Assembly: GCF_040938485.1 (NCBI RefSeq)
Contig: NW_027271421.1
Location: forward strand, 502,567 to 566,566
Source: Diadema antillarum
Taxonomy: Eukaryota
Direction: 5' to 3'
DNA length: 64,000 nt
In this document: positions 1 to 13,354 of the stretch, in pieces
Position numbering within the stretch: position 1 is the stretch's first letter
How the letters are laid out: every line of letters begins with the position of its first letter
Position numbers and translations under genes: made by a program
Notes under the pieces: model-generated
Database searches by the model: none
Told to the model about the DNA's origin: nothing
The model's input: only the letters and a program-made list of their open reading frames with translations

Positions 1-380
1 TATCATTTAAAGAACAGGTGTAGAAAGTAATGTCAGGAATGACTAATCAGAACAATGTCCGTATTTCATGTCCGTATTACATGATTAAATCGCTCTGTTT
101 TATATTCATTAGGCATCTGTTGATCATTAGCGTCATTTGGACTACTTTTTTATCTTGTTTGGAGCGGGGATATTTGCCTACATTTTCTTCATATCTTTTC
201 TTCTTGTGAGTCGATAGTTATTTTGGATCCATCGACAGGCTGTATTGACATGCTGTATCTTAATCTATAGCTTCTATATATTTCATTACGAATGCACTGG
301 TCACACATGATCTAAACAGCTGTGACAAAAACAAATCTTTTTAAAAAAAAAAAATCTATATAAGTGATATAGGAACTGAC

Positions 381-540
381 CTGTGGTGAAAAACGAAAAA
401 ATGTTCAGGCGGTAGTTGATAGTTACGATTATGACGTCACCAACAGAAACCAATGGGACGCCACTATATTCCGCTGTCATCGCGGTTCCCATGGAGAAGC
501 TGCCACCATGAATAAAGACCATGACCGCCGAACCGTTCAT
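381..540 (-). CDS. Carboxylesterase copy A, exon 3 (VMVFIHGGSFSMGTA...VIIVTINYRLNIFSFFTTG). Remaining exons lie left of the window.
   Basis: VMVFIHGGxF ... VTINYRL is the oxyanion-hole region of carboxylesterase/cholinesterases. ATAAAG acceptor and GTCAGT donor. Collinear with paralog exon 3. Confidence 0.75.
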
Positions 541-1213
541 CTTTATCATTCAAAACAATATAATCATTCATTCAGATATTACTGTATATCTGTTGGAATT
601 AATATTCATAGCGCTGGAATTGATATCTATCACAGATAAATTATCATAAAGTAATTTCGAAGATACTAATCCTGATGGCTGATATTCTATGCTAAAAAAA
701 GATCAATGAATTTCCTCTCCATATTATGAAACAAGATTATCATGTTTAATATGCAATCAACAAAACACATTTGCCCTAATAACTATAGACAAATACTAGT
801 AAGTGGTTAAAGGGGTTAGCATTATATTATTACATTCTGTTCTATTGGATTATTATTATTATCATTATCATTATATTACAAAAGGAAACTCCGAAGCCAT
901 TCTATTTACTCTAAATTTATCCCACGAATTGTCATGTATATGCTTCTAAAAATAAAATAATGCCTGTTTCTTTTCATTTTACACTGTGTTAGAAATAATG
1001 CTGGATATTTGAACTGATCATTTTTCTGTTTTTATTGTCAGATTCAAATCAAATTGTGCTCAATTAGTTCTTTCAATTGACACTGTATTTCATTTATCTT
1101 GTTTATGTATGAAAAAGATATTCAGAAATAAAAGCAAAATCGATCAAATCAAACCCCATCGCTTTGCGGTAAAAAACTCTAGCGCAAAGACACTTGCCCT
1201 AGATGAATCCTAC

Positions 1214-1398
1214 CTTTGGATTAGGAGCAAACACGTTCAAATACAGACAGTCTTCTGACATCTTCTCGACAGGAGGGAAAAAGTCAAATACACCTTGCTG
1301 ACAGACAGCTTCAAATTCCGTAGCGTTCCTCTCTCCTTCCCATGACGTCATATTTGTGGGTGGGGCGAATCTTTCAGGAGGGGCCGCATAAGGCACCC
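1214..1398 (-). CDS. Carboxylesterase copy A, exon 2 (GVPYAAPPERFAPP...EDCLYLNVFAPNPK)
   Basis: Contains the type-B carboxylesterase N-terminal motifs (PYAxPPxGxxRF ... EDCLYLNV). Flanked by a TATAG acceptor and a GTAGG donor. 62 codons, phase 0 to 0. Confidence 0.8.
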
Positions 1399-2033
1399 CC
1401 TATATACGTTGGTAGAAATAAAACAAAAACACACAAAACACAACAAATACAATCAAACAAGGTCAGTTCTGGGGAAATGATGATGCCAATGTCTCCATAG
1501 AAGTTCAGGCTTCTGTGAAGAGGGTTTTACTGTGGTTACAACATGACTACATAAGTAAGCTTATTTTGTAACTGAAATACATCCCAAGCAATTTCACCTC
1601 ATTGGTAAACTTGTCTGATTTGATTCAGTGTTTTACCAGTCGACTCTATTAGGGGTTTTTTTTTGTTTTTGTTTTTTTTTTGGAAAATGGAGATAGAATC
1701 GAGTGGGTCGTAGGGCTGTCATTTTCTGTAAGTTAAGTCTTCTCTATCATTTACTGTCTATTCGGCATTCCAACACCTCACTCAACGCGCTGCAAGAATG
1801 TCCCCTAGTGTGCTAAGAAGGAAGAATGTATTCTAGTGTATAGGAAGTAAGGTTACGTATACATACTTATGAACCAAAGGTAAATATGTATAGATACTAG
1901 TGTACTAAGAGGTATAAAAACGTACAGATACTGCATGGTGTACTAAGAAATAAGAATGGTTACTAGTGTGCTCAGTGGAATTCAAATTGGCCTACGACTC
2001 CACTTGAAAAAGCTGGCCCTTTTTTCAACTCAC

Positions 2034-2195
2034 CAAGAAAACGTCGACATCTCGAGTCTTGTTGATGAACTTGTTTTCACTGAAAGTCACCGTCTTTCCT
2101 ACCAGAGTTCCTTCTTTCACCGTAACTCTCGGATTCTCAGCATTCAGTGGCTCGAAAATGGCAAAAATTGCCAACAAAGTCCACAAAAGCCGCAT
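2034..2195 (-). CDS. Carboxylesterase copy A, exon 1: start codon, signal peptide (MRLLWTLLAIFAIFEPLNA) and N-terminus
   Basis: The minus-strand ORF reads MRLLWTLLAIF...ENPRVTVKEGTLVGKTVTFSENKFINKTRDVDVFL. A GTGAGT donor follows the final L. The sequence is near-identical to the paralog exon at 12992-13153. Confidence 0.75.
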
Positions 2196-2389
2196 CGTTT
2201 GAGGGGAACCGCGCTTGTCTTGTTTTCTTAATTGAAAAGTTACTGATTTATCCAGAGAGTCCAAGTCAATTGACTTCGTGCAATCACTTGTCTTTTTAGA
2301 ATGAACTTGATCTATACTTGACTATTAAAGGTTGTCCTACGCAAGCACTGCTTGTACAGCGCAAGATATTCAGACTTTGGTCACAATTT

Positions 2390-2445
2390 GCAGACGGACC
2401 AATAAGTGAGCCAATGACAAAATGACGTCAAAGTTTAAGCAGGGA
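2390..2445 (-). promoter_or_regulatory. Putative core promoter of carboxylesterase copy A: two CCAAT boxes plus a palindromic CRE (TGACGTCA), about 200-250 bp upstream of the ATG
   Basis: The sequence is ccaataagtgagccaatgacaaaatgacgtca. The same module is conserved at 13360-13400 upstream of copy B. Confidence 0.45.
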
Positions 2446-3612
2446 TATGAACGCATGGAAACGTAGTCTAGTATCTATAACTGAAACAGCTTCAAGCAAC
2501 AAATGTCTTCAAATAGTTGGGAGTAGTTGTTGAAGCTGATCAATAAAATAAGTGCATGCTGCACTTGAATGAGAAAGATTATTAATGACAACTTTTCGTT
2601 TTCGTTTCCCCTCCTTTTTTTTTTGCAACTGGTCTATCATGGCAAGACTATTTTTAGTCCGAGTAGATGGTCGATTTAAGCAGAGGCGTACTTCTTTACA
2701 AAAGTTGTTTTGAAAAAAAAGAAAACCGAATCTCAAACGGTCGTGAGAATAAATAAGTTTCACAAAGGTCGAAGTCCGAAAATTGTTTGAATACTGACAA
2801 CGCTCAAGCACATCCGAATCGGGCGCATACAGACTGTCATCTTCTTTCATCACGCTACAGAAATGGAAAATTTTACGGGCTCTGCGGCTTTGTCTGCCTC
2901 AGAAAGCATGACAATATTTTGAAACACTACTTCATGCATGCAGTTAGTTGTAAGCTTTTTACTTTGTCATTCCATGGGTGGGCTTTATTACACTGACATT
3001 GCAAGAAAACCAGCTTGCATACTGACAGTTATAGTTTAAATGTCAAACTATCAAATGAATCTAAACTGATGAAATGGTTTAAGACGACTTACGATATGTC
3101 CTACTACGTAGAACCGGTGTATGTATTCTAAAATATTCAGGTTTTATACACTTTGATTCTTGTAATTCTAATGAAGAGATATTCCAACAGCAGGCATCCA
3201 ACATTGGTGCGCATCGTTATGGAATCATAGTTTTATAAGGCGACTACGATCTTAACAAAGGGAAGTTCCTGCCCGTTTTCTCTTGTTTGCATGGCTGTAG
3301 ACCCTAATGAGCAATGATCTACTTCACTGTTTTATTGCTTGGTTATATAAAAGCAACCTTGATATTAAAAAGGACAACAGTATCCATAAGACTATGCAAT
3401 GAGGACTTTGTAACTTGGATAGAAGAATTTATGCAAGCATTTATATTGATGTATATAGGGTAATTTGTCAAACAGTTGCAATTTATCGGGAGAAACCATA
3501 AAGCTAGTATATATGCTTTTTTTAGAAGAGGGAAGAAGAAAGAAGAGAGAAGGATGGGAGAAAGACAAAAACAAGGAAAAAATATAGAAACCCACTTACT
3601 TAGGTGAACTTA

Positions 3613-3616
<4 letters not shown>

Positions 3617-3660
<44 letters not shown>
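3617..3660. repeat. (TA)n microsatellite
   Basis: Direct read. Confidence 0.95.
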
Positions 3661-3666
<6 letters not shown>

Positions 3667-5636
3667 AACAAACAAACACGCACACACAAAGAGAGAAGGA
3701 CAGTACAGTACACATTTCGCTAGCCTTCAATTAGATTGTGAATTTATTCAAAGAAACTCAAAACAACATCATACATAAACCCATATTCCATAATGTTTCC
3801 ACCTGCCCGCATGTATATCACACACTAATTGATTGTCTCATTTAAAGATGCACGATATGATACTCATTGATGAGCTGATCATTGCGGGGTGGGAAGAATG
3901 GTAAAGAAAATAATCCCTGTCTCGAGCAACATGAAAAGACAGCAGTTGTCATGGTCATGATTGCTCTTAATGAGGATCACGATCAACTAGCAAAGTGACC
4001 AGTGATCTGGGCGTCTGATCGCAATATCAAAGTGAAGGTTCGCCATTATCCAGAAACTCTAGTTTTTCTTGTAAATTTATAAATACCCCGATGCGTCTTA
4101 ATAAAATCAATTAATGCAGTTGTAGTTTAAAGTTGTAATTCATAGCGTTCTCATTTCTCACTGTTTGATTCATTCATTATTCGTTCACGCATTTTCTATT
4201 CATCGGAATACGATAGTGAATACATAACGTCAACAGACAATATCACCCATACTCTGAGAATTCTGTTCTACATTGTAAAGTCTGATGACTACTTTTCCAC
4301 CAAGGCAAATTTCCGACCACGTTAGAGTTGGCAACTGCAAACATAAATGTGTTTATTACAATTGTTATGGTTGAAATAAATATGATCTGGTATACTCCCT
4401 CTGCGACTACTCTCTGTGTAACAACGTTAAATTCTATGTATCATCATGAAAGATGTGATGGTGACCAGGTGTATATCATTCTGCATCTTATTGTTCCAGT
4501 CTTAAAGAATCGATGCAGGTTTTAATAGTGTATGACGTTATGGGAAATATATAATGTAAGAAAGTTTAATTTGTTGTGATCATGAATGTTCACATATCTT
4601 AGGTTTTTTTCTCTCTTTCTCTGAAAGGTGTTTACCTTTTAACCATTCATTCTACTATTTTAGCAAATTATGACATCAACAAACTTCAATGTAAATTGGA
4701 CATAATTATTATGTTGCATTACACAGTGAATAATTGCTGGACAAAATCAAAATAAAAACAAAACTCTCTAAGAAAACTGCTAGATGAAAAGGAAGAGGAA
4801 AGTATATTGACAATTCCTTTGGAATATCACCGTTGCAGAAGTTCTGTTTCTTTTTTTAGGATACTCCTTGTCAAGAAGAGATTTAGATTACTCTTCAATC
4901 ATTTGATACGTCGATCATTTCCACAAGTTCTGAAGTCTGCATAAAAAATACTTCGCGGTAGAATTTATTTCTCAGTTTATTTGCTCACTCAGGCCTTCGT
5001 TTAGAATTGTAATCTAAGAAATCTATTGACGTACTTTTATTCAATATACCAGAATGACCGCATGATGGTCGCGTAGCCCAGTTGTTAGAATCAGAAGGAC
5101 TTACAACTTATAGATAACTCATCAAATTTGAATAAAGATCAAGAAATTAAAAAAGAAGAAACTTAGTCATAGATGAGGAGGTACAGCCATGCAGAGATAA
5201 TTATGACCCATTATGACACATTACGACCAGTAAAGTCATGTTACTAAAACAATGGCTCGGGCTTGAACAGTGAAGGTTTATCATTAACTTTAGACTTTAG
5301 ATTGCAATTTACATTACAACGGGGAGCTCATGAAACGTGTGATTGCTGATCTATGATAATAGGTCAATATCATTTATCGTTATTTCAGGCACTATTGTCT
5401 ATTATACACTTTATGGATTGGAAGGTAATTCTGTTTTGTAGTTTTTGATGCAAAAGTCAATAAGGAAACTAATTTAGGTACGTGAAAAAGTGGCTTTATC
5501 ATTCAAGTAAAGACATGTAGATATACTTCGCTTTAATCGGCGAAGTGCATTCGAGGATAGTTGTGTAACTAATCAAGATTAATTACAGGTAGGTTCATTC
5601 TTGTATTCCTCGAACGCCTGCTGCCATGCTGTCATC

Positions 5637-5695
5637 TCAGTCTTCCAGTCATCATAACTTTCCCGCCATTCCTTCTCAGTGTCACTAATGTCGCC
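5637..5695 (-). CDS. Carboxylesterase copy B, putative terminal exon (GDISDTEKEWRESYDDWKT, then stop). The exact 3' end is uncertain.
   Basis: A CTTTCCAG acceptor in the correct phase gives a short acidic tail ending at TGA (5637-5639). An alternative frame of the same segment stays open to 5579. No conserved motif is available to choose between them. Confidence 0.4.
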
Positions 5696-6419
5696 TGGAA
5701 AGAGAGGGAGACAGGATGAAGCAAAGATGTGATTATCAAAATTAGCGCGCTTTCCTTTTATAGCTCACACTCGCATTCTGGTTTGTCAACCTGTGCGCCA
5801 ACCAATGACAAAACTAAAAAACGTTTTGGAGTTGCTTTTCTGCCGACACATCTTTTTTTTTAATGCATCTCATATTCTGAACGAATTCTGTGATTGATGA
5901 CATCTAAACTCTATTTCATAAAAACCAAGATGGCACATTCTGACTCTTTACCTTAGGAGACAATGTCGATGTTGAAGAAAAAATCGAAAAGGCGAAGATG
6001 CATTACATTATTCCAATTATTGGTGTGTTTCGAACTTGAATCAATGTTAGAACTCGATCATTAGCCTTTTTATACCATCTGTGCGATTACAGTCTGATTA
6101 ACGAATAAAGACAGAAGTCCAGTATCGAGAATCTACCTGATGCACTGCTCATCAGCCTTTCAGTCTTACACGTTTATAAAAAAAAGAAAATTTATTGTAA
6201 CGTGCAAAGGGGAGTCATCTACACTTAGCTATAGGGTTGATTGCTTAACGATATGGTAATAGCTTCAGATTATTGGATAAATATTAGTAAACATTTATGG
6301 AACATACGCACAGACACACCCACAGCATACAACCGCTTTCTACAGTTGAGATTCTCGAACACAACCTGTTAAATCTAACATATAGTATAATGAAGTGATT
6401 ATTCCCTCGAAAAAAATAC

Positions 6420-6601
6420 CTGTAAAAGCCACGAGGGATGGGAAGTAGTGGTTCCAGAAATGACACTGTCTGGCTCTGACAGCCCTTCCTGTGGGCAATC
6501 CTATGGCTATCTCCTTGTATGTGAGTTCAGGGATCGTGTACTCTGGCCAGGTGTACTGTCCTTCCAACGGGTCTGAATCCATGCTCGGCTTACTCGGATT
6601 T
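6420..6601 (-). CDS. Carboxylesterase copy B, exon 9 (NPSKPSMDSDPLEGQYTWPEYTIPELTYKEIAIGLPTGRAVRARQCHFWNHYFPSLVAFT)
   Basis: Open frame in phase with exon 8. TATTGTAG acceptor and ACAG|GTATTT donor. Confidence 0.7.
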
Positions 6602-6861
6602 CTACAATACATATAATAGTTGCAATCCATTAATGCATTAAGTTATTGTTGTTTAAGTGCCTTCCTTAAACTGTCACATGCAAAATTGAATCAGTGCTTT
6701 TAAAGGCACTCAGAATTTAACTGATAAGGAATTTTGTCTCCAGTACAATACAAAGAAGAATAACATCTATCCAGAACTTTTTATCACAGTTTAGAAGTAT
6801 TTGTAACTTTTTAAAATATTAGTAAACTATTTCATTTTAGTGAATCAAATGGCTGGCTTAC

Positions 6862-7056
6862 CCGGTCTTGGCAAAGTTGGTCCAGAATTGCATCATCATA
6901 ACGGAGAGGGCGTTCTCCTCGTCAGTCATGTTGTGTCCTTTGACGTGGTAGAGCTGATCAATGAAAGGGACGCCCCACACAAAAGTCATTTCTTCTCCAT
7001 GTGCTGCGCCGAGCCAAGGAGTGTTGGGAGTAGATCCTTCGTACTCATAGAAGCTC
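6862..7056 (-). CDS. Carboxylesterase copy B, exon 8: catalytic His region (SFYEYEGSTPNTPWLGAAHGEEMTFVWGVPF...QFWTNFAKTG)
   Basis: AAHGEEMTFVWG aligns with the family HGxE(I/L)xxVFG histidine motif. (Y/F)WTNFAKTG is a conserved family segment. ACTAG acceptor and GTAAGC donor. Confidence 0.85.
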
Positions 7057-8117
7057 CTAGTATCAATTAATTGAGAAGAAAAAAAAGATAGTGACACAAA
7101 AATAACTGATAGAAATGAACACACTCTGCTAAAGTGAGTTTAGAATGTCTCTTACTGAACTTAAAGGACAAATCCACCTTCATATACATAAGGATTGAGA
7201 GAATGCAGCAATATTAGTAGAACACATCAGTGAAAGTTTGAGGAAAATTGGACAGTCCGTTCAAAAGTTATGAATATTTCAAGTATCTGCGCAGTCATTG
7301 CTGGAAGAGAAGACTACTACAGTGTATGATGTCACATGTGTACAACTAAATAAGGAAAATAAAAAGAGAATTTCACAAAACTTTACTTTTTGAATAAAGT
7401 GCACATTTCTTCGACTTGCTACTGACGTATGTTAAGGGCAATATTATTCCCCCTGCCTTCTGAAAGAGAGAAGTCGAGTGTTCTTTTGTAATGCGAAAAA
7501 ATAGAAATATGTTGAATTTTCTTTATTCTTTCTTTATATCGTTGTACTCATGTGACATCACAAGCTATAGTAGTCTTCTCATCCAGCCGTGACTGAGCAG
7601 AAACTTCAAAAATTCATAACTTTTGAATGGCTTGTTCGATTTTGCTCAAACTCTCACTGATGTGTTCTACTAATATTCCTGCATTCACTCAACCCACATG
7701 TCTATGAAGGTGAACTTGTCCTTTAAGTCTCTTACCCGTCAACCGTCAACCTCCCCCATACTCTCTCTCTCTCTATCTCTCTCTCTCTCTAAAAACAAAA
7801 CAAAAACAAAAACAAAAACAAAACATTATGAAAATCGTTATTGTCCACTTTGGGTTTAGGTTGCATCTGCTTAGGCTTTGAGAACGGCAACTTTTAGTTT
7901 GGCAATGTTGTATTCATGTGTTGCGAATAAGCAATTTATGTATTGAAATAAGGCGCATATGAACATATTTACATTTTATGAAATGATATTCCTCATTAAA
8001 AATGCTTTAGTACGTTCTGTAAGATTGAAATGCTTCACATTTCGGATATGAGGTAGGCCTACTCATGTTTCTGTATAACTATCACCGAAATGCAAGGAAG
8101 TAGTGGTAAGTCCATAC

Positions 8118-8563
8118 TTCGTAGGTACGTGGGTCATAAAGTACTGGTAGACGGGGCCGCCGTGTGATGTATGTTCTCTAATGACGTAATCAGTTGGACA
8201 ACCGAACATCAAATCTCCAAAGAAATCCACCACCGAGTTAAAGTAATCCGCAGTTATGTTGTCTGCAATACTCCAGTCGGTATACTCCTGATCTACAGAG
8301 TCGTATATGATCGCATCATCCAGACCGTTGTAGAAAGTTAGCTGGAATTGAATGGAAGCAAGGTAGATAGCTCGGTTGTAATGGGGCGGTGTTTCGCTAC
8401 CCCAGTAGTCAGAAAAAGATGCGTATGGTATCAAAGTCCCCTCGTCCTTGTTGAAGCCCGCAACGATTGGTACGTGGGCAAAGTCCCCGTTGCTGTAGAG
8501 GTTTTTTGGTGTATCTTCGAGAAACGTACCGTCAACAGTCACTCGATACACAGCATCATATAC
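8118..8563 (-). CDS. Carboxylesterase copy B, exon 7: central domain including the catalytic acidic residue (GFNKDEGTLIPYASF)
   Basis: A 446 bp open frame reads VYDAVYRVTVDGTFLEDTPKNLYSNGDFAHVPIVAGFNKDEGTL...GPVYQYFMTHVPTK. The GTATGG donor leaves phase 2, which is completed by exon 8. Confidence 0.8.
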
Positions 8564-8962
8564 CTGGGCATTATGATATTGATAATATGAAGAGAGGTCC
8601 AATTTACAAAGCAAAATTAGTAATGTGCGAACATCTTGTTGGACAAAGCATATCTCATAGCCATGGATGGAACAGTACCAATGGCTGATAATCGTTTATA
8701 CATGATTTTAATGAAACTGTACAGGCAGCATGTTGTTGGTAATCAAGCCAAAATAGTTTTCAGTATTTTTTTTTTTCATATGAAGCGATGACATCATCTC
8801 GTCATGTTGTATGAATGTTTCATCAGAAAATCTGAAATTTTATACTTTTGCCATCCTGTTGGTTTTTAGCTACCCTATACATTGTAGTAAATTATACTGT
8901 GACATTCGTCTTCGGTAGATGAGGGCAGTACATGGTGCAACACGTTGCCATGGCAGCCATAC

Positions 8963-9130
8963 CTCATCAGCGGCCTTCCTTAGTTTTTCAGCATCCTTCT
9001 CTCTGAGACATTCCACCAGAGCCTCAGACGTCGACGTGCTGCAATTCATGGCCACACCCAAGTTTCTCGACTTCTCAAGCTCTCTCTCCGGATCGTTGAT
9101 GAACGCCCAGTCAGCCAGGGCTGTTCCACT
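8963..9130 (-). CDS. Carboxylesterase copy B, exon 6 (SGTALADWAFINDPERELEKSRNLGVAMNCSTSTSEALVECLREKDAEKLRKAADE)
   Basis: Contains the SG(S/T)A ... CLR family motifs. GATTCAG acceptor and GTATGG donor. 56 codons, phase 0 to 0. Confidence 0.8.
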
Positions 9131-9721
9131 CTGAATCAGTAAAAGAGACTCAATTAGGTCACTGGAATGTATCCACAGGAAACATGAACAGAAAACAGCA
9201 GATGAACTAGTAAGCAATACGAACAAGAATATCCGTAGCAACTGACATGACCCACATGTAACTCACATCACGAAACACCCACCAAACATTCCGAAGATAC
9301 ATCAGCAGGCTAATTAGCTTGTTCTAGTGAATGAAACAATGTGCACATGCAAATGTTCATATTGGCAAGTATACATGTACCTTTAAAAGATATCCTGGCT
9401 CGTGAGAACATGACGCTAAAGGAGAGCAGTTTGTCAATTACTAGTATTATTTCCCAATACATTGTATCAACATTTGATGCCGCCATTTAGCTTTCTCAAT
9501 AAGTAAATTTTGATACTGAACACCATCAATGAAATTAATTGAAGTCGTGTCATGGTACTTGCAGTCTAATACCGTGGAAGTTCTCAGACTGGCTAATTCT
9601 TAGACCTATATAACATTATGTACGTATGTCATTCTTATACAAACTCTGATGGTGCACTTGATTCTTTTTGATTTTTTGTCACAGTAGTTTTTTTTTCTGG
9701 TCAAATAAACAAGTATGATTA

Positions 9722-9991
<270 letters not shown>

Positions 9992-10531
9992 TCATAATAA
10001 ATGCACGGATAGATCCTGTAAAGATTAACTGGCAGACTTTATAAAGAGAAAGGAAATAGAAAAACAGATATATATAGAGAGATAGTAACTTGTTATCAAG
10101 CTCTTTACCGAGCTCTTTTCCTTCCATTTGTTTTGGGAGTTAAAGGAATATGTTTATGATAATAATCTAATAGTTTTGTAAGAAAATTTCGGAAGAAGAA
10201 TTAACATCTCGGAGTTCAAAGATGTCATTCCATTGTTCTTCGAATAAATCTCGATTCAATGAAAAAAAAAATTGTTATCAAAATTATGAGACTCAATATT
10301 CAAAATGCATGGCCGAATTCAGAAAGATTCAGTAATCATGCTTTAAAGCCAACAGAAAGTTTATGCTTTAGGTGCATTTCACAGAGTGAAATCATTGACT
10401 CGAGGTATCTTGATATAACTACTAGCCAGTATGATGCTAAGAGAGCGTTATAACTCACGTCTGATCATTAGAACGTCAGTTTGGATGAGAACTGCAGTAG
10501 TGACTACATTTTTATTGAAGTACATGTGCGC

Positions 10532-10535
<4 letters not shown>

Positions 10536-10582
<47 letters not shown>
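10536..10582. repeat. (TA)n microsatellite
   Basis: Direct read. Confidence 0.95.
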
Positions 10583-10586
<4 letters not shown>

Positions 10587-10995
10587 ATATAAAATATAAT
10601 GTTAACATAAACATTATATATATCTATATAATTATTATGTTCAGAGCAAATGCACTTCAATAAAACTGTAAATATATATACCTTGATTACAATTTAAAGC
10701 ATTGTGTATAAACTATGTATGTGTTTCTGTTTAGTCTTACCATGGAGGTACAAAAATTTTGTACCTCTATGGTCTTACATTCTTAAGGAAATCAGTAGAC
10801 ATATTTTTTTTTTTTATTACGGATGATATCTGAGATATTACCATTGAATCCTGCCACATCTTGCCACCCTACTGAACTGCATTCAATGTAATTATTTAAA
10901 CAAAATTCTAGTTGATACATGAAATCAAAGCATAATGTTACATCAAAATCTAAATACCAGATACCTATTTTGTTCTGATACCTAGTCATTATTAC

Positions 10996-11073
10996 CTTCA
11001 ATGTTAGTATAGACCCACTTGAGAGCTGCCACCTGATCCAGCATACCAACATTACCAGGAGCTTCTTCATCAC
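10996..11073 (-). CDS. Carboxylesterase copy B, exon 4 ([25 protein letters not shown])
   Basis: Carries the GNxGLxDQxxALxWVxxNI family motif. CTACCAG acceptor and GTAATA donor. Phase is consistent with exons 3 and 5. Confidence 0.85.
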
Positions 11074-11241
11074 CTGGTAGAAAATGGAATTGAAATGAGT
11101 TATTACTTGAAATACAGGCGTAGAAAGCAATGTCAGGAATGACTGGTTAGCTTTATTTCTGAATTGATTCGTATAACTTGCGAAAATCTCTCCGTTTTTA
11201 TATTTATTAACAGCTGTTTATTATATTGAAGTACTGTTATA

Positions 11242-11272
<31 letters not shown>

Positions 11273-11510
11273 GTATATTTTTTTGGAGTGGGGGATATAT
11301 GCCTTGATTTTGCTTGTAGTCTTTTTTTTGTTTCCTTTGAGAGACAACAATGGCTGTTTTAGATCCATTGGCAGGCTGTATGTACATACTGTATTTTAGT
11401 CTTTGGCTTCTATATTCCATTCTGAATGTACTGGTCATGCATGATATAAACAATTATGACAAAAAGCATCATTCTTTTCTTTTCTATTCATATAAGAGAT
11501 AAGAACTGAC

Positions 11511-11670
11511 CTGTGGTGAAAAAAGAAAAAATGTTCAGGCGGTAGTTGATAGTTACGATTATGACGTCACCAACAGAAACCAATGGGACGCCGCTGAGTT
11601 CCACTGTCATCGCGGTTCCAATGGAGAAACCGCCACCATGAATAAAGACCATGACCGCCGCATCGTTAAT
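11511..11670 (-). CDS. Carboxylesterase copy B, exon 3
   Basis: Reads INDAAVMVFIHGGGFSIGTAMTVELSGVPLVSVGDVIIVTINYRLNIFSFFTTG. Ends in phase 1 at a GTCAGT donor. Confidence 0.8.
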
Positions 11671-12264
11671 CTTTATCAGTCAAAAAGATATTGATAATTC
11701 ATGTTTATAACTTTGTATTTCTTGTGGAATCATTATTCATATCGCAGTGAATAACATTTACCACAGACAAAAGTATCACAAAGTAATTTCGATTTTATAT
11801 CTCTTTAAGATCTATAATGTTTGTTCCATGTTATAAGTGCTGTCTGGGGCAAATTATTTGTATAGGGCCCCATTTCTCTCTCTCTCTCTTCTTTCGTTCT
11901 TTAAAACAACAACAACGACATAATTTCGAAGACGTTGATCTAGAGGGTTGACATTATATGATAAAAAAAGAATGATTAATTTCCTCTCCATAGTGTCTAA
12001 CAAGACAGTATAGTTTAATATGGCATCAACAGAACATATCTGTCCTATTGAGTGGACGAAAAGTGATTGAAAAAAGGAATCTCTGAGACAAATCCATTCA
12101 CTCTGAATGAAATCCTGAGTATCCAACGAAGGACAATATGCTTCTAAAGCTGTAATTCCGCCGTTTTGACACTGGCGAAAAGTGAATCCAACAATATTTA
12201 TCATAATAATATATATTATCACAGAGAGAGAAAAAAAAAAATCATTGTCCTTGATGAATCCTAC

Positions 12265-12450
12265 CTTTGGATTAGGAGCAAACACGTTCAAATACAGACA
12301 GTCTTCTGACATCTTCTCGGGAGCCGGGAAAAAGTCAAATACACCTTGCTGACACACAGCTTCAAATTCCGTAGCGTTTCTTTCTCCTTCCCATGACGTC
12401 ATATTTGTAGGCGGGGCGAATCTCTCAGGAGGGGCTGCATAAGGCACCCC
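12265..12450 (-). CDS. Carboxylesterase copy B, exon 2
   Basis: Reads GVPYAAPPERFAPPTNMTSWEGERNATEFEAVCQQGVFDFFPAPEKMSEDCLYLNVFAPNPK. TGTACAG acceptor and GTAGG donor. About 94% nt identity to copy A exon 2. Confidence 0.85.
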
Positions 12451-12991
12451 CTGTACATTGGTAGACATTAAAGACGAATTACAACTAATCAAAGTCTGAT
12501 GTAATGATAATGTCAATGCCTCCATAAAAGTTCAGTCTTACCGTGAAGAGGGTTTTACTGCGGTAACAACATGACTATAGATAAGCTTATTCTTCAACTT
12601 TAATGCATCCCAAGCAATTTTCACCTCATTGGTAAACATGTTCGGTATGATTCAGTTATTTACCAGTGCTGCAGTAATTGCAACGACTAGCATGAAACAT
12701 CTTCAGTCATCATGACTATTTACAAATGGAGTAAACGATGCTTAAAGAAAATGCTGCAAGAATGTATACTACATACAGCGTGCTAGCGAAGTAAGCATGG
12801 TAAGGTTGCATTACTGCGCTAAGGGTTAAAAATGTAAACTGGCGTACTAAGAAGTACATAAGAATGTAGAGACTAACTACATGGTGTACCAAGAAATGAG
12901 AATAGCTACCAGTGTACTCAGTGAAAGTCAAGTACACCTACAACTCCACTTAATAAAGCTGTCCCTTATTTTGTTTTGTTTTTCAACTCAC

Positions 12992-13156
12992 CAAGAAAAC
13001 GTCGACATCTCGAGTCTTGTTGATGAACCTGTTTTCACTGAAAGTCACCGTCTTTCCTACCAGAGTTCCTTCTTTCACCGTAACTCTCGGATTCTCAGCA
13101 TTCACTGGTGCGAAAATGGCAAAAATTGCCAGCAAAGTCCACAATAGCCTCATCAT
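12992..13156 (-). CDS. Carboxylesterase copy B, exon 1: ATG (two adjacent in-frame ATGs) plus signal peptide
   Basis: Reads M(M)RLLWTLLAIFAIFAPVNAENPRVTVKEGTLVGKTVTFSENRFINKTRDVDVFL, followed by a GTGAGT donor. The hydrophobic N-terminus fits a secretory signal. Confidence 0.8.
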
Positions 13157-13354
13157 TTGAGAGGAATTGCGCTTATCTTGTTTTCCTAATCAAAAGTCGC
13201 TGATTTTATATTCAGAGAGTCCAAGTAATGTGACTACGTGCAATCAGTTGTCCGTCTAGAATGAACGACAGCTATGCTTGCCTAGGATTGTCCTACACCC
13301 AAGAACTGTTTGTACAGGGCAAGATATTCAGACTTTGGTCACACTTTGCAAACG

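Noticed and set aside
10448-10660. ORF-track proteins consisting of YIYIYI, CVCVCV or low-complexity runs (e.g. 10448-10660, 15974-16338, 18171-18578, 46759-47199, 58218-58421, 60026-60284)
   Set aside because: They are translations of (TA)n, (CA)n or homopolymer microsatellites, not genes.
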